From a virus (Duplodnaviria; Caudoviricetes): a DNA stretch of 37,747 bases. Numbering within the stretch: position 1 is the first letter of the stretch; every line of letters begins with the position of its first letter. Positions 35,595 to 37,747 of this stretch are shown in pieces. Position numbers and translations under genes: made by a program. The stretch covers positions 1 through 37,747 of the IMG/VR virus record IMGVR_UViG_3300047399_000078. One strand, given 5' to 3'. The notes beneath the pieces are model-generated. The model was not told the DNA's origin. It worked only from the letters and a program-made list of their open reading frames with translations, and searched no databases.

Positions 35595-35927
35595 TCAGAA
35601 TTGCTGAATCACGACACCTTCAGACGTTTCGAGCACCGTGGTACGGTCGCGGAGCCATTCGAGCGACACGCGTTCGATTTCGTCGTCGTCGTCGCCTGCG
35701 TCATGGTCCAGCCCGTAGTCCGCCGCGGCTTCGCGCGCGGACGAGTACTCCGCCCATTCGCAGCACAGCGCGATCACGTCGAGTGAGTACGGCTCTCCGG
35801 TGTCGTCGGAAAGCTCGTCCAGGTACTCAAACAACGCGTCAAGCGCGGCCGGGCTGAATTGGTCCGCGCGGCCGAAAGCGCGGAAGGCTTCGCGGAAATC
35901 GTAGCGGTCAACATTCATGGTGATCAT
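35595..35927 (-). CDS. highly acidic phage protein (FS-x-x-AL-x-x-LFEYL...LDVIALCCE), possible DNA mimic
   Basis: about 28 Asp/Glu in 110 aa, no Lys; GGAGG RBS. Confidence 0.7.
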   Translation of the reverse strand: MITMNVDRYDFREAFRAFGRADQFSPAALDALFEYLDELSDDTGEPYSLDVIALCCEWAEYSSAREAAADYGLDHDAGDDDDEIERVSLEWLRDRTTVLETSEGVVIQQF

Positions 35928-36262
35928 GGGGTCAGGTCCTCCCGGGTGATGGATTCGAGGGCACGGAGAGCGTCGACGGGCGGACGGCCAGCTAGCCAAA
36001 TCTCGGAAAAGAACGACTCACGCTCTTCTTCGCTAAGCAAGTAGAGGTTAGCGAGTGCGGATTCACTGGCGAGAACGAGGCGTTCGGCCCTTCGCAGGAA
36101 TTCCGCGAAAAGCGCATCGTCCGTACTCACGCCGAGAAGGCTTCGGCCAGTGCGCGTGGGGCTGGTACGGCACAGGAAGCAAAATCCCATGCCGTAGCGG
36201 TCGACCCTAAGCGCCTGGGGACGGCTAGCGCGTCCGCATCGGTCGCAGTGACAGATTTTCAT
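35924..36262 (-). CDS. Zn-finger hypothetical protein
   Basis: CDRC...CFLC. Confidence 0.6.
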   Translation of the reverse strand: MKICHCDRCGRASRPQALRVDRYGMGFCFLCRTSPTRTGRSLLGVSTDDALFAEFLRRAERLVLASESALANLYLLSEEERESFFSEIWLAGRPPVDALRALESITREDLTP

Positions 36263-36272
36263 GGGGAGCCTT

Positions 36273-36488
36273 TCAGAGCGCGCAGAGCGCGATACAGGCG
36301 ACGGTGAGGAACGCAAGCGCGAGGCACGCGGCGAGGGGTGCCAGGACTTCGTCGAGGACCGCGACGAGACGCGCCCGGCGCACGAGGCGCGCGGGAACGT
36401 GCGACGGTTGCCGCGGCCCGCGCGGTTGGTAGGTGCCGGCGTCGAGGCGCGCGGCAACGGACGAGAGGATCAGGCGCTCGGGGGTCAT
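36273..36488 (-). CDS. small protein with C-terminal TM helix
   Basis: LAPLAACLALAFLTVACIALCAL; ATGA overlap. Confidence 0.55.
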   Translation of the reverse strand: MTPERLILSSVAARLDAGTYQPRGPRQPSHVPARLVRRARLVAVLDEVLAPLAACLALAFLTVACIALCAL

Positions 36489-36730
36489 CGCGCACCCCGC
36501 GCGGCGACAAGGGCGGCGACGTATTCCCGCCATGCGGACCGCGTAGCGGTGTCGTCGGGATCGGTGCCGTCGAGGCACACGTCGACCAGCGTCGCCGCGT
36601 CATGGTCCGCGAGCCATGCGAAGTCACTTGCGACGTCGGCATCGGTGAGGCCGACGGATTCGAGCGCTTCGACCGCTTGATCGGGGAGCCCGTAGGCGTC
36701 GATACAGGCGCGAGAAATCGATCGGCTCAT
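36485..36730 (-). CDS. small acidic hypothetical protein
   Basis: ATGA overlap, GAAGGGG RBS. Confidence 0.65.
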   Translation of the reverse strand: MSRSISRACIDAYGLPDQAVEALESVGLTDADVASDFAWLADHDAATLVDVCLDGTDPDDTATRSAWREYVAALVAARGAR

Positions 36731-36921
36731 CGCGCCGCCCCTTCGGCGATGGCGCGGACCTCTTCGCGATCGAGCCAGTAGCAGTCCAGGTCGGGGCGGT
36801 CGGCCCCGTGCGGCGAGATCTTGAATTCGTCATCCATGCGGCAGACAGACGTGCCGTCGGCCAGCGTCATGTCGTACCAGTCGCGGAGCTTGAGGGCCTT
36901 CTTTGCTTCGTTCGGGGTCAT
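36727..36921 (-). CDS. hypothetical protein (MTPNEAKKAL...)
   Basis: GGAG RBS. Confidence 0.65.
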   Translation of the reverse strand: MTPNEAKKALKLRDWYDMTLADGTSVCRMDDEFKISPHGADRPDLDCYWLDREEVRAIAEGAAR

Positions 36922-36940
36922 GGTCAGTGCTCCGAGGGAA

Positions 36941-36968
36941 GCACCGGAGCCCCGTAGGGCCCCGGCGC
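36941..36968 (-). promoter_or_regulatory. 12-bp RNA hairpin with C(UACG)G tetraloop
   Basis: both mismatches are G-U pairs on the transcribed strand. Confidence 0.65.
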
Positions 36969-36976
36969 GGTAGGGG

Positions 36977-37189
36977 TCAGCGGGAAGCGGCCGCGAAGAG
37001 CGCGCGCTCTTCGTCGTGGGTGAGCGCGAACGAATCGGCATCCCATTGCGCGTGGCATGCGGTGCACACGTAGGCGCGCGCGTCGCCGTGGTGGCCGTTG
37101 TCGTGGTGACGGTCGCGCTCCCCGCATTCGGGGCACTCCCGGCCGTTGTAGGCGGCGTTCTTGGCGAGGATACGAGCGGTCGTTTTCAT
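36977..37189 (-). CDS. Zn-ribbon protein, first gene of the early operon
   Basis: CPECG...CTAC; GGAG RBS. Confidence 0.7.
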   Translation of the reverse strand: MKTTARILAKNAAYNGRECPECGERDRHHDNGHHGDARAYVCTACHAQWDADSFALTHDEERALFAAASR

Positions 37190-37200
37190 GGTGGCTCCGT

Positions 37201-37224
37201 TGTTTCCCAGCAAATCGCTGGGGT
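37201..37224 (-). promoter_or_regulatory. conserved 24-nt hairpin motif, copy 2
   Basis: ACCCCAGCGATTTGCTGGGAAACA directly before the RBS. Confidence 0.6.
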
Positions 37225-37230
37225 AACGTC

Positions 37231-37258
37231 GTTCTATCACGCATAGAAGAACGGTCAA
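37231..37258 (-). promoter_or_regulatory. early promoter TTGACC-N16-TAGAAC with extended TG
   Basis: AT-rich region; second GGTCAAGA copy 40 bp away at 37293. Confidence 0.5.
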
Positions 37259-37319
37259 GAGAAAAGATAGAGGTGTAGGCACAAAGTGACGTGGTCAAGA
37301 AAATACCAGATTGACAGCG

Positions 37320-37747
37320 ATCGCGGGACCGACAACAAAGGAGCAAGCCGCTAGGCGCGCGACGACAGAGCGCAGGTGAGCAAGCGTAGCGCGACGAACC
37401 GAAGCGGCTCCCTTGCTGAGTGTAGGGCTTCCCCGCCCGCCCTAAGCGGGGCGGGGGAAGCCTAGAGCGAGCCTAGGCGAGCGTGGGTCAGAGCGTGTCA
37501 GAGTGCGCCACGATGACACGCGGGCAAGGTCCGTGCGGCGTGTGAGGTAGGAGAGGGGAGGGTACCCCACAAGCGCGCTTAATGAGCGCGCTGAGGTAGC
37601 AGGAACGCTACCGGTTGTCGGAGCAACGTTCCGATGCTGCGTCGACAACGGAAGACGGAGCATCGGAACACGCTCAAAGACCTCCGTGCTCGCCCTCAGC
37701 TAGGTAGGCTCCGACGGTGCCGGCGCCGGTAGGGAGCGGGGGTAGGC
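37320..37747. other. non-coding, inverted-repeat-rich region (possible terminus, origin or ncRNA)
   Basis: several hairpins, no credible ORF. Confidence 0.5.

Noticed and set aside
37293-37316. Additional TTGACC (minus) and TTGACA (plus) hexamers as promoters
   Set aside because: No convincing -10 at 16-18 bp; may be operator half-sites instead
1-37747. Direct terminal repeat, att site or tRNA
   Set aside because: No matching sequence at the two ends, no integrase and no cloverleaf found by eye

Overview
The window looks like a complete or near-complete ~37.7 kb, high-GC, tailed dsDNA phage genome of podovirus type: it has a P22/T7-like nozzle and large ejection proteins, and no tail tube, sheath or tape measure gene. 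The + strand (1-26 kb) carries small accessory genes, terminase large subunit, portal, scaffold, major capsid, adaptor, an oversized 1637-aa nozzle-like protein, three ejection proteins, a tail fibre and a lysis cassette with a GH73 endolysin. The - strand (26-32.5 kb) carries a recombination operon (RecT-like annealase, Cas4-like exonuclease, protein with an SSB-type acidic tail, Holliday junction resolvase) and a possible displaced TerS. A divergent promoter at 32.55 kb drives a short + operon. A purine-pyrimidine repeat tract and terminator at 33.7-34.0 kb are followed by a - strand early/host-takeover cluster (34-37.2 kb) and a highly structured non-coding end. I recognised no polymerase, primase, helicase, initiator, integrase, tRNA or CRISPR array. 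The most interesting signals are: (i) a two-domain 'mini' beta-clamp that keeps the partner-binding pocket, together with a wHTH protein ending in a clamp-binding-like motif and an SSB-tail protein, suggesting replisome-hub mimicry; (ii) a covarying 24-nt hairpin in front of two early genes plus several RBS-coupled RNA structures; (iii) genome-wide absence of CTCGAG and CTGCAG and a local CAGC/GCTG desert. All product calls come from motif recognition by eye, not database searches.
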